Shown here one piece after another: positions 19,401 to 28,855 of a DNA stretch of 64,000 nucleotides. The notes under the pieces are model-generated. The model worked only from the letters and a program-made list of their open reading frames with translations, searched no databases and had not been told where the DNA came from. This stretch comes from Fidelibacterota bacterium (GTDB lineage: Bacteria > Fidelibacterota > Marinisomatia > Marinisomatales > UBA1611): positions 52,690 to 116,689 of the forward strand of contig PAPB01000004.1 of the NCBI GenBank assembly GCA_002708715.1, given 5' to 3'. The position numbers were made by a program, and so were the translations under genes. Position 1 is the first letter of the stretch. Each line of letters starts with the position of its first letter.

Positions 19401-21839
19401 TTAAAATTGTTGGCCAAAAGTAAGAGTAGTTTTCCATTCAGGTTTTATAGATCCATTCATATCTACACTATCAAAACCCCGACCGATATCAAAACCTAAC
19501 ATTCCAATCATTGGCATAAAAAATCGAATACCTACTCCTATTGATCTTTTTAAATCTAACGGACCACTTCTAGGTAAATTTAATCGTTCCATTAAATCTA
19601 CTGAAGACCAAACATTACCCATTTCTGCAAAAAGCATTCCATAAACTACAGGATTTTCTGCAAATGGTACTCTAAATTCTGTGCCAAATTTAATCATCGT
19701 ATTACCTCCAATTGGATTTCCAGAGCTAGTTAAAGGTCCAACGCGATTATCATCATAACCTCTTAAAACATTACCATATGGGATACCGTTACCACCCATA
19801 ATAAACCGATCATTGTAGGGAATATAAGATGGGTCAGAATTATTTGATGGTAATTCTTTTATTACACCAATTTTCATTGAATTCATTAATACAAATTTCC
19901 AAAATGTTGGGGTAAACCATTCAAGATTCATCGTATGCTTATGAAAGTTTTCTTGTCCTCCCAATTTCCATCCAGATAAAGTAGATTTAAATGAAAAATG
20001 AGAACCAATTGTTGGAAATTCAGGGTGATCTCGACTATCTCTTCGTATTGCTTGTATTATGCTAATCCCATCTGATTTAGTTCTACCCCCCGCATAATTA
20101 TCAATATCGGCTTGGCTACCTGCATATTGCCTTCGATGAACTTGAAATTGCCAAGTCCCCCTAAAGTAATCATCTGGCCATTTAAAAATTCGACCAAGCA
20201 TAATACTCGCTCCAGCAATAGTTGTTTCTAATGGAGAATAATACATTGTTGAGCCCCCCATCATTCGATAATAAATTGATCCACCAATCAAATTTTTAGT
20301 ATCATTTACCATAGGATCTGTGAAGCTTATACTAGCAGAACGACTTTTAGGACGATTAGTGTTATAAGATTGATAAGAATAAGAATTTTGACTACCAGCT
20401 CCAACGCCAGCGTTAAAACTAAAACTTAAACTTTGACCTCTACCTCGAAAATTAGGCAAAGAAAGACCACCTCCTCCAGTAAGCCCAAGATATTGAGAAT
20501 AGCCCATATTAGCACTGGCTTGCCCAGCAGGTTTTTCTTCCACATTAAATTCTACATCTACTTTATCATCAGATACTGGTAAAATATTAGGAGTTGCATT
20601 AGCAAAAAAGTTTAACATCATAACCTCTCGATAACTTCTAGCTATACGTTCTTGGCTATAAACATCACCAGGGAATATACGTAATTGTCTTCTGATAACA
20701 TTTTCACGAGTTCTAGTATTACCCTGTACTATAATATTATTGATATAAACCTTATGGTTTTCTGTAATAACAAAATGAACATCAAGCGAATCTACTCCAA
20801 TTGGGGTGATTTTTGGATCAATTCGACTATAGATATACCCACGATCTAAATACAATCCTTGTACTCTAGAATAAATCGCTAAATTGAAATCCTCATCACT
20901 ATACTGTTGACCTTTTTCTAAAGCTAATGCATTTTGTAATATTTGTTCATTATATAATGACATCCCTTCCCAACTAAAATTTCTATATTTATACTGCGAT
21001 CCTTCAGAAATAGTAAGTATGATGTCCATTTGTTTTTGGCCTTCTGTATAAATAATAGTATCCTGTAAAATTGCAAAATCTCTATATCCTTTATTATAAT
21101 AGAAAGTAGATAATAATTTTAAATCTTCCTTAAATTTTTCATTGTCAAAAGTCGATCGCCAAAACATATACAATGGTTGTTGTTTTGTTTCTTTCAGTTG
21201 CCACCGCAAACGAAAATCAGAAAAATTTTCATTACCATTAAAAACAATATTCTTTATCTTTGTTTTATTATTTTCTTTTATTTCAAAAGTAATATTTTTA
21301 ACAAGATTTGAATTTTTTTCTAAAGTTAGAATTGTACTATCTTTTTGAGAAGAAATTTGAGAAATAACAGTTGTATTAAGGTAGCCTTTTTCAGCATATA
21401 TCTTCTTAATTAATTGAACAGCCTCATGCAAAGTGTTTGGTTTAATTCTTTGACCACTAGCAAGGCTTAACTCTTCTTCAAACTTGCTATCCTTTATTTT
21501 TCTATTACCATTATAATTAATATCACCTAAAATGTAATTTTCAATTACTTTTATAGTTAAATAGATACCCTCTTCTGTCTCTTTATCATAATTTAATTGA
21601 ATATCTTGAAAAAGATTTAATTGCCATAATCTTTTAATGGCTCTAGGAAATGCTGTAGGCATTACTGTTTGACCTTCACGAAGACCAGCTGTAAAAATTA
21701 TTGTATTTTTAGAAGTAATTTGATTGCCCTCCACATTAACCTGAACTAATTTAATTTGATCAGAAAAATCTTGAGCAAATAATACCTGGCTAATGAAAAA
21801 ACATATTACAAAATAAATTTTTTTTACCAAATTTTTCAT
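19401..21839 (-). CDS. bamA: Outer membrane protein assembly factor BamA
   Basis: 812 aa. Signal peptide, POTRA-like repeats ('V.V.GN......I'), C-terminal Omp85 barrel with 'R.RGY', 'GG....RG' and a terminal '...TFGQQF'. Confidence 0.9.
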   Translation of the reverse strand: MKNLVKKIYFVICFFISQVLFAQDFSDQIKLVQVNVEGNQITSKNTIIFTAGLREGQTVMPTAFPRAIKRLWQLNLFQDIQLNYDKETEEGIYLTIKVIENYILGDINYNGNRKIKDSKFEEELSLASGQRIKPNTLHEAVQLIKKIYAEKGYLNTTVISQISSQKDSTILTLEKNSNLVKNITFEIKENNKTKIKNIVFNGNENFSDFRLRWQLKETKQQPLYMFWRSTFDNEKFKEDLKLLSTFYYNKGYRDFAILQDTIIYTEGQKQMDIILTISEGSQYKYRNFSWEGMSLYNEQILQNALALEKGQQYSDEDFNLAIYSRVQGLYLDRGYIYSRIDPKITPIGVDSLDVHFVITENHKVYINNIIVQGNTRTRENVIRRQLRIFPGDVYSQERIARSYREVMMLNFFANATPNILPVSDDKVDVEFNVEEKPAGQASANMGYSQYLGLTGGGGLSLPNFRGRGQSLSFSFNAGVGAGSQNSYSYQSYNTNRPKSRSASISFTDPMVNDTKNLIGGSIYYRMMGGSTMYYSPLETTIAGASIMLGRIFKWPDDYFRGTWQFQVHRRQYAGSQADIDNYAGGRTKSDGISIIQAIRRDSRDHPEFPTIGSHFSFKSTLSGWKLGGQENFHKHTMNLEWFTPTFWKFVLMNSMKIGVIKELPSNNSDPSYIPYNDRFIMGGNGIPYGNVLRGYDDNRVGPLTSSGNPIGGNTMIKFGTEFRVPFAENPVVYGMLFAEMGNVWSSVDLMERLNLPRSGPLDLKRSIGVGIRFFMPMIGMLGFDIGRGFDSVDMNGSIKPEWKTTLTFGQQF

Positions 21840-22576
21840 TGTTTACTCACTTTACCAAATCGACGCTCTCGATTTTGATAATCATATATTGCTTCGATTA
21901 ATTCATTTTCCCGAAAATTCGGCCACAATGTATCTGTCATAAAAATTTCAGTATATGCGCTTTGCCATAATAAAAAATTACTTAGGCGAAATTCTCCACT
22001 TGTTCTAATCATTAAATCTGGATCAGGAAAATTCTTCGTATATAATTCTTGATTAAATAATATTTCATCAACTTGATTAATATCCAATTTTTTTGCTTGA
22101 ATTTTTTTAGCTATTGATATTACCGCAGTTAAAATTTCTTTTCTACTACCATAGTTAATAGCTAGGCAAAGATTTAATCCAGTATTATTGCGTGTAAGTT
22201 CAATCCCATTTTTTAAACCTTGAACCGTGGATTTTGGTAATGTATTCAATTCACCAATAATTGAAAATCTAACATTATTTTTATGTAATTCTTTTACTTC
22301 AATATTTATTGTGTTTAACAATAACTTCATAAGTGCACTGACTTCAGATGGCGGTCTATTCCAATTTTCAGTGGAAAATGTATACAAAGTTAAATATTGC
22401 ACTCCAATCTCTCCACAGACTCTTGTTATCTCTCTTACAGAATTAATACCTTCTTTATGTCCTGCTAAACGGGGTAACGAACGTTTTTTAGCCCATCGAC
22501 CATTACCATCCATAATTATTGCTATATGATTTGGTGTATTATTTTCAAGAATTGTATTTCTTAGTGATTTTTTCAT
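21836..22576 (-). CDS. uppS: Undecaprenyl diphosphate synthase
   Basis: 'HIAIIMDGNGRWA', 'LTLYTFSTENWNRP', 'IRTSGEFRLSNFLLWQSAY.E'. ATGA overlap with bamA. Confidence 0.9.
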   Translation of the reverse strand: MKKSLRNTILENNTPNHIAIIMDGNGRWAKKRSLPRLAGHKEGINSVREITRVCGEIGVQYLTLYTFSTENWNRPPSEVSALMKLLLNTINIEVKELHKNNVRFSIIGELNTLPKSTVQGLKNGIELTRNNTGLNLCLAINYGSRKEILTAVISIAKKIQAKKLDINQVDEILFNQELYTKNFPDPDLMIRTSGEFRLSNFLLWQSAYTEIFMTDTLWPNFRENELIEAIYDYQNRERRFGKVSKQ

Positions 22577-22697
22577 TTTGGTATGATATAAAAAGTGAAC
22601 GAAGTTACTTTGAGCTTATAATCGATACAACCAACATAGTTTTTTTTATTGACCTTTTAAATAACAAAATTAACTCTAATTTGTTCCACTATAATAT

Positions 22698-23807
22698 TTA
22701 AGAAATCATGTTATTTAATTTTTCAGCTAAATCATAATATATCTTTCCAATATCGTTTATAGTCTCTTGCATTACAAGAGGTGCTCCAGAATCTGTAGCT
22801 ATCATAACTTCTTTTGATAAGGGTATTTTAGCTAATAATGGGACACCAAGTCTTTCACTTTCTTTCTCTCCTCCACCTTTATTAAAAACATCAATATTTA
22901 ATTTAAAAGATCCATCCGGTTGAATTTCAATATCTTGACCATTAATAGCTATTTTCGAATCCAAAATATTTGTACTACCATCTAAAATTAACCCTGACAT
23001 ATTTTCAACTACCCCAAGAACAGGAGTATTAACTTTTTGAAACATATCTGCTCCTTTACGCACATCAGCAAGAGCAATATCTTGTGGTGTTGTTACAATA
23101 ACAGCACCCGTTATTTTCATTTTTTGAGTTAATGTTAATTGGATATCACCAGTCCCTGGTGGTAAATCCAATATCATAATATCAAGATCACCCCATTCCA
23201 CATCCATAAAAAATTGTTCTGTCATTCTAGATACTAATGGACCTCGCCAGATTACAGGGGTATCATTCCCACTAATAAAACCAAAGCTCATTACTTGCAT
23301 TCCAAATTTTTCTAAAGGAATTAATTTTTTATTTTGAGTCATTTTGGGTTGTTCAGAAAGATTTAAAGCTATAGGTAGAGAGGGGCCATAGATATCTAGA
23401 TCTAACAAACCAACTTTTTTACCTTTTTTAGATAATGCACAAGCGAGATTTACTGCCACTGTTGATTTTCCAACACCACCTTTACCACTTGCTATTGCGA
23501 CAATATTTTTAATATTATTTAAAACAGCTGGAGAGTTTTGCGCTGATGTTTGAACTGGAGGAGATTGATCATTAGAAATATTGATTTTTACATTAGTAAA
23601 ATGAGGATCTAGTAAGTTTTTTATAGAATCAATAACAATTTGTTTTTTATCATTATTTTGAGAAGAGATATTAAGGTTAATAACAACTTTTTTATCATTA
23701 ACGATAATATCTTTAACCATACCAAACGAAATAATATCTCTATTAAACCCAGGATATTTAATCGTTTTTAATTGATTAATGATTTGTTCTTTATTCACTT
23801 TTATCAC
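22698..23807 (-). CDS. apbC: Fe-S cluster carrier ATPase (Mrp/ApbC/NBP35 family) with N-terminal DUF59-like domain
   Basis: 'IASGKGGVGKSTVAVNLA', 'DLDIYGPS', 'DLPPGTGD', 'VVTTPQ'. GTG start directly after the upstream terminator. Confidence 0.85.
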   Translation of the reverse strand: MIKVNKEQIINQLKTIKYPGFNRDIISFGMVKDIIVNDKKVVINLNISSQNNDKKQIVIDSIKNLLDPHFTNVKINISNDQSPPVQTSAQNSPAVLNNIKNIVAIASGKGGVGKSTVAVNLACALSKKGKKVGLLDLDIYGPSLPIALNLSEQPKMTQNKKLIPLEKFGMQVMSFGFISGNDTPVIWRGPLVSRMTEQFFMDVEWGDLDIMILDLPPGTGDIQLTLTQKMKITGAVIVTTPQDIALADVRKGADMFQKVNTPVLGVVENMSGLILDGSTNILDSKIAINGQDIEIQPDGSFKLNIDVFNKGGGEKESERLGVPLLAKIPLSKEVMIATDSGAPLVMQETINDIGKIYYDLAEKLNNMIS

Positions 23808-23837
23808 AAAAAAAGCGGCTGTTTAAACAACCGCTTT
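23808..23837 (-). terminator. Rho-independent terminator downstream of the ferredoxin gene
   Basis: The minus-strand RNA reads AAAGCGG-(12 nt partly self-pairing loop)-CCGCUUU followed by a run of 7 U. It lies 25 nt after the ferredoxin stop. Confidence 0.6.
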
Positions 23838-23861
23838 AAGGTATTATTGTTAAATATTATT

Positions 23862-24167
23862 TTAGCCAGGAAGTTCTCTTCCAAACCATTCGTAATTAAT
23901 GTTAATATACTTATTCCATTCATCTGGAACTTCACTTTCCTCAAATATTGCTTCAACTGGACATTCAGGTTCACAGGCACCGCAATCAATACACTCTTCA
24001 GGATCAATATATAATGAATCAGTATCTTTTGGAACAAAACCGTCAACTTTAGCTTCTGCTCCTGCTCCTTCCTTATCATTAGGACCATGAATACAATCCA
24101 CCGGGCAAACTTCCACACAAGCGGTATCACAAGTCCCAACACACGGTTCACAAATTATATAAGTCAT
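23862..24167 (-). CDS. fdxA: 7Fe-type ([3Fe-4S][4Fe-4S]) ferredoxin, Thermus/FdxA-like
   Basis: 'ICEPCVGTCDTACVEVCPVDCI' and 'DPEECIDCGACEPECPVEAI', then 'VPDEW..YI'. AAGGAG SD upstream of the ATG. Other-frame ORFs over the same DNA lack any motif. Confidence 0.85.
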   Translation of the reverse strand: MTYIICEPCVGTCDTACVEVCPVDCIHGPNDKEGAGAEAKVDGFVPKDTDSLYIDPEECIDCGACEPECPVEAIFEESEVPDEWNKYININYEWFGRELPG

Positions 24168-24306
24168 TCTTGTACTCCTTTAAGATAACTTAAATTTTTT
24201 AATGTTGTTTAACATGTGAATTTAGATTGAAAAAATGAAATGTTAATAATCTTTTGAAGTAATTTCTTTTGAAAGTTATACTAGATAAAAACTAATAAAA
24301 TACTTT

Positions 24307-25728
24307 ATGAATTATATCATAATAGACCAAGGTACATCATCCACAAAGGCATTTTTATTCAATTCAAAAGGTGAAATAATTCATAATAATACAATTAAAC
24401 ATGAAATAATTAATCCAAAAAAATTTCATTTTGAAAATGATCCGATTGAAATCCTTAATGCAATAAAAAAACTTTTTCAAGAAATGATGGATGCAACTTA
24501 TAATGTAAAAATACGTCACGCAGGTTTATCTGTACAACGTTCAACATTTATGTTTTGGAACAAATACACATTAGAACCCATAACACCCGCTATTAGCTGG
24601 CAAGATAGTAGAGCTTATAAAACTATTAAAAAATATGAAAAATATAAACAACGATTATGGGAAATTACTGGGACTCCACTTAGTCCACATTTCGGAGGAC
24701 CTAAATTTTCTTATTTAACATTACATAACATCCATCTCAAAACATTAATTAAAAAAAATCAAGTTTTTTTTGGACCATTAAGCTCATATTTAACACATGC
24801 TATGACAGGGACAGCAGCGTTAGATCATACAATAGCATGTAGAACGTTATTATTTAATCTCAAAAAAAACACCTGGTCAAAGTTTGCATTAAAACTTTTT
24901 AAAATACCACAAACATGCTTACCACCACTTAAACCAGCTAAAAATGAATATGGAAAAATTTTTAATAGCAACATTCTTTTATCAACAGTAATCGGTGACC
25001 AACAAGCAGCATTAATTGGGCAACATGGTTTGATTCATAATTCACTTGGAGCAAATTTTGGTACTTCTGGTAGTATTCAATACAATGTGGGAACAAAACC
25101 ATTAATTAAAAAAGGATTGATCTCGAGTATATTATTTTCATCAGATAAAAAAAATATTTTTATGCTGGAAGGAACTATTAATTCATGTAATTCTTTATTT
25201 TATAATTTAGAAACATTGTTATGTATAGATCATAAAAAAATGAATTGGAATGAAAGAATAAAAAACATTAAAACTAAAGGAATAATGATTCCTGGAGCGT
25301 CTGGGCTTGCCGCACCTTACTGGACAATTGGTTTTAATAATATTTTTATTGATTTACCATATAATAGACCTAACCAAATAATAAGAGCAGGAATGGAATC
25401 AATCGGATTCTTAACCAATGACATTTTAAATTGCTTTAAAAAAAATAAAATAATTTTACCAAAAAAACTTACAGTTTCTGGGGGAGGAGCGCGCTCTTCT
25501 CTTTTACAATTTATTGCTAATATTACTGGGTTTGAAATTTATTTATCAACAATAAAAGATAGAACTGCATTAGGAGTATTTAAAATTCTTTGCCCATCAA
25601 TAAAGAAAGTTAGAAAAAATGACCAAAGCTTTATACCTCAAAAAGACTCATATGGAACTATAAAACTAAAAAATTGGAAAAAAGCTATTAAAAATAACGA
25701 TATTAAAAAAGTTTATTCAGATATATAG
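24307..25728 (+). CDS. FGGY-family carbohydrate kinase, glycerol-kinase-like
   Basis: 'IIIDQGTSSTKA', 'ISWQDSR', 'GDQQAALIGQ', 'PGASGLAAPYW', 'VSGGGARS'; collinear with GlpK by eye, but several substrate-site positions differ. Confidence 0.7.
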   Translation: MNYIIIDQGTSSTKAFLFNSKGEIIHNNTIKHEIINPKKFHFENDPIEILNAIKKLFQEMMDATYNVKIRHAGLSVQRSTFMFWNKYTLEPITPAISWQDSRAYKTIKKYEKYKQRLWEITGTPLSPHFGGPKFSYLTLHNIHLKTLIKKNQVFFGPLSSYLTHAMTGTAALDHTIACRTLLFNLKKNTWSKFALKLFKIPQTCLPPLKPAKNEYGKIFNSNILLSTVIGDQQAALIGQHGLIHNSLGANFGTSGSIQYNVGTKPLIKKGLISSILFSSDKKNIFMLEGTINSCNSLFYNLETLLCIDHKKMNWNERIKNIKTKGIMIPGASGLAAPYWTIGFNNIFIDLPYNRPNQIIRAGMESIGFLTNDILNCFKKNKIILPKKLTVSGGGARSSLLQFIANITGFEIYLSTIKDRTALGVFKILCPSIKKVRKNDQSFIPQKDSYGTIKLKNWKKAIKNNDIKKVYSDI

Positions 25729-26069
25729 AGTTTACGATTCTGTAGCTCTGTCATGTCTTTTACTTCTTTAATCTCTTTAACTGCGCCTTTAATCTCTGAA
25801 TTTAAATTTTTTAAAATTTTATCATTAACGGCCATGGAATTACTTAATTGGATAAAATCTTTATTAGCAACAATAACCTGTTCTTTTGCATTTTTAGTAT
25901 CATCAATTAACACATCAAGTTGAGATTCAATTTGATTTATTTTTTCTTTAAGATTATCTGATTGTTCATCATTATTCCCAATCTTCTTATTAATCATTAA
26001 TAATCCTATGACAACAAGAAAAATATTGAAAGTTAACAAAACAGTAGTAGAAGAGTTTTCATTTTTCAT
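25713..26069 (-). CDS. Hypothetical membrane-anchored coiled-coil protein
   Basis: One TM helix (VLLTFNIFLVVIGLLMI), then a heptad-like K/E/N/Q-rich sequence. The 3' end overlaps the convergent kinase gene by 16 nt. Confidence 0.45.
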   Translation of the reverse strand: MKNENSSTTVLLTFNIFLVVIGLLMINKKIGNNDEQSDNLKEKINQIESQLDVLIDDTKNAKEQVIVANKDFIQLSNSMAVNDKILKNLNSEIKGAVKEIKEVKDMTELQNRKLYISE

Positions 26070-26137
26070 AAATTAAATTTTTTTTTATTTTTAATTAATT
26101 AATTCTAATTCATACAAAAACATGTGAATTAAAATAA

Positions 26138-26638
26138 TCAGTACATACTCATAATACCAAGCATAATTAATGTAAAATATGGTACTAAATCTGATGCGCC
26201 AACATAATCTTTAGATATTCTTTGTCCTAAAAATAGGCACATAAGAGTAACTGCAAGAATTACAAACCCATAAAAAATCCACAAAGTTGTTTTTTGGGCA
26301 AAAGCAAAATAAATACCATACCCAAGAGTTACCGAACCAATAATTTCTAACAATGTAATAATAGTTAACAAAAAAGGAGTAAAATTATGAAACAAAGTTT
26401 GAGAAAAATGTTCACGAAGAAAATTTAAATTATCCTGCCTATTAATAATTTTATCTAAACTTGATTGCAAAAATGCAATTAATAAAAAAATTGCAATAAA
26501 AATCTGACATAAAACTAATGGATCTTTAAATGGGATGCCAAGTAATTCAATTCTATCGCCATATAATTCTGCTACATTATTTGCAATAATAAATGATGGG
26601 AATAAGATAAAAAAATAGTAGTAAAATTTCATATTCAT
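26138..26638 (-). CDS. Hypothetical polytopic membrane protein (possibly DoxX-like)
   Basis: About 4-5 hydrophobic helices. ATGA overlap with the upstream plsC. The family assignment is a weak impression only. Confidence 0.45.
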   Translation of the reverse strand: MNMKFYYYFFILFPSFIIANNVAELYGDRIELLGIPFKDPLVLCQIFIAIFLLIAFLQSSLDKIINRQDNLNFLREHFSQTLFHNFTPFLLTIITLLEIIGSVTLGYGIYFAFAQKTTLWIFYGFVILAVTLMCLFLGQRISKDYVGASDLVPYFTLIMLGIMSMY

Positions 26639-27348
26639 CCTTTTTTGTCTATTAGGTTACTTATTCTATTAAATACCAAATTTCGCAATTCAACAATTTC
26701 CATATTTTTAAATGTTTTACTTGTAATGGGCTGTCCAAATTTAACAGTTAAAATTCCAGGAAAAATACGCCAATCACTTTTCTTTTTTGCTTTAAATCCA
26801 CCCAATAATCCGATTGGTATTATTGTGGCATTAGTATTCTTTGCTAAATGAAATGGGCCTTTTTTAAATGGGCCCATTTGACCTGTTAAAGTTCTAGTCC
26901 CTTCTGGTGAAATTAAAAAAGAAACTCCTTTATTTATCGCATCTTCAGCTAAATTTAAACTACCAATTGCTTTTTTAATTTTTTGTCTAATAATTGGGAT
27001 TACACCATATTTTCTAATAATAAATCCCCAAATGGGATATTTAAAAACTTCTATTGCAGCCACAGCTGTGATATAATGTGGAATATAAGCTCCAATCATA
27101 AATTGATCAAACATTGATACATGATTAAACATATATATATAGGGTGGTTCAATGTCATGCGATAAATCGTTTTCTTTTTTTAACCACTGACCAGCGAAAA
27201 AGCAAGACAACCAACAAAAAGGACGGATAAAATAAAAAAGACTATTTCTTGGGACGATAATTATTACTAATAGTAATAAAATTAGCGATGGTATAAAAAA
27301 AACATACCATACAGGCCATATTAATATTGAAAAAATTATCTTAAACAT
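26635..27348 (-). CDS. plsC: 1-acyl-sn-glycerol-3-phosphate acyltransferase
   Basis: 'FNHVSMFDQ' (HX4D) and 'ISPEGTRT' boxes. The ATG at 27348 (ATGTTTAA overlap with the mutY stop) is preferred over the track's TTG at 27375. Confidence 0.8.
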   Translation of the reverse strand: MFKIIFSILIWPVWYVFFIPSLILLLLVIIIVPRNSLFYFIRPFCWLSCFFAGQWLKKENDLSHDIEPPYIYMFNHVSMFDQFMIGAYIPHYITAVAAIEVFKYPIWGFIIRKYGVIPIIRQKIKKAIGSLNLAEDAINKGVSFLISPEGTRTLTGQMGPFKKGPFHLAKNTNATIIPIGLLGGFKAKKKSDWRIFPGILTVKFGQPITSKTFKNMEIVELRNLVFNRISNLIDKKG

Positions 27349-28405
27349 AAAATTGACTTTGTTTAAATAATTCAAAAATTTTATGATTTGCTTTTGGAAA
27401 AGGAAAATTTTTTATTTCATTTATGGTAATCATCTTTGCATTATTATTTAATTCTAATGAATCCTTCTTTTCTCTACAATAAAAACAATATAATGTTATT
27501 TTAAAATGAGAATACGAATGTTTAACAATACCTATTTTATTGATATTTTTAATTGAAACACCACATTCTTCTCGAATTTCACGCTTAAGTGCAACTTTTG
27601 CACTTTCCCCAGGTTTAATTTTTCCTCCAGGAAATTCCCATAATCCTCCTAACATACTTTTTAAATTTCGTTTTTGAATATAAAATTTATTTTCTCTCCA
27701 TATAATTCCTATTGAAATATCATAATGAGGTAAAGTTTTAGTTTTAATTTTGTTAGGATATTTATCAGATTTATTATTCCTATAAGCATAACAATTTGTT
27801 CGCAGAGGACATTTAGAGCATAATGGATTAGATGACTTACATAATAAAGAACCTAAATCCATCATCGCTTGATTAAAATCACCTGGATTATCTTTAAAAA
27901 TCATTTTATTAAGATGCACCATAATTCTTTTCTCGTTATGCCTTGTCAAATTTTTTATACCAAGCATTCTAGACATAACTCGTTTTACATTAACATCTAA
28001 TACAGGATATGGTTTTTTAAATGCAATTGATAACACAGCTGAAGCAGTATATTCTCCAACACCAGGGAGTAAAATAAAATTTTTTCTATTATTTGGAATT
28101 TTACAATGAAAATCATCTTTAATAATTCTAATAGCTTTATAGAAATTTATGCACCTTTTATAATAGCCCAATCCTTCCCAATATTTTAATACAGTATCTA
28201 ATTTTTCATTGGCTACGGAGCTGATTGTTGGAAATCTCTTTATCCACTTATTATAATATGGTAATACAGTATTAACCTGGGTTTGCTGAAGCATCACTTC
28301 AGATAACCAGATTTTATATGGATCTTCAGTGTCCCTAAAAGGTAACAACCTTTTATTTTCTCCATACCAGTCATGCAATTTTTGTGTAATACTATTAAAT
28401 TGCAT
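27341..28405 (-). CDS. mutY: A/G-specific adenine DNA glycosylase
   Basis: 'W.SE.MLQQTQV', HhH 'LPGVGEYTA', 'GLGYYKR', the Cys cluster 'CKSSNPLCSKCPLRTNC', and a C-terminal NUDIX-like 'GLWEFPGGK...RE..EE'. Confidence 0.85.
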   Translation of the reverse strand: MQFNSITQKLHDWYGENKRLLPFRDTEDPYKIWLSEVMLQQTQVNTVLPYYNKWIKRFPTISSVANEKLDTVLKYWEGLGYYKRCINFYKAIRIIKDDFHCKIPNNRKNFILLPGVGEYTASAVLSIAFKKPYPVLDVNVKRVMSRMLGIKNLTRHNEKRIMVHLNKMIFKDNPGDFNQAMMDLGSLLCKSSNPLCSKCPLRTNCYAYRNNKSDKYPNKIKTKTLPHYDISIGIIWRENKFYIQKRNLKSMLGGLWEFPGGKIKPGESAKVALKREIREECGVSIKNINKIGIVKHSYSHFKITLYCFYCREKKDSLELNNNAKMITINEIKNFPFPKANHKIFELFKQSQFYV

Positions 28406-28412
28406 TATACAA

Positions 28413-28847
28413 TTATTTTAATTTTAGTTTTTCTATTGTCCAATTTAGGTTAGACATAGACTCTAATATTGATTCATAAAAGTCACCATTAGTTTCATTT
28501 CCTACTATTATTCCAATCTTTTCAATTTGGCTTTCAGTCACATTATAAATATCACGGCCAATGTCTGTTAAGAAAACCTTAATAATTCTGTTATCTAAAC
28601 TAAAACGCTTCCTAATTACCCAGCCTTTTTTTTCTATACCATCAATAAGCCTTGTTGCTGTACTATTATCAATACCAAGCTTTTGAGAAAATTTTGACAT
28701 TTCAACACCATCATCATCTAAAATAGATATTGCGATTAATTGCTGAAATGATGCTTCATTATGTTTTAGCTTACCCTTGTACAAACTCTGAAGTGATATA
28801 AAAAGATTATGTAATAATTCTCCATATTGCATAATTGTAATATACAA
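28413..28847 (-). CDS. MarR-family transcriptional regulator
   Basis: Winged-HTH 'LGIDNSTATRLIDGIEKKGWVIRK....D.R'; about 140 aa. The start is ambiguous: TTG at 28847 or ATG at 28832. Confidence 0.75.
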   Translation of the reverse strand: MYITIMQYGELLHNLFISLQSLYKGKLKHNEASFQQLIAISILDDDGVEMSKFSQKLGIDNSTATRLIDGIEKKGWVIRKRFSLDNRIIKVFLTDIGRDIYNVTESQIEKIGIIVGNETNGDFYESILESMSNLNWTIEKLKLK

Positions 28848-28855
28848 ATATTATT

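Noticed and set aside
22519-22701. 60-aa plus-strand ORF spanning the uppS-apbC spacer.
   Set aside because: It overlaps the uppS 5' end, has a hydrophobic low-complexity translation, and shows no SD. It is more likely promoter or spacer DNA.
23772-24151. ORFs of 115 aa (23804-24151, minus), 80 aa and 63 aa overlapping the ferredoxin gene.
   Set aside because: The 101-aa frame contains two textbook Fe-S cluster motifs, an AAGGAG SD and a terminator. The competing frames have no motifs.
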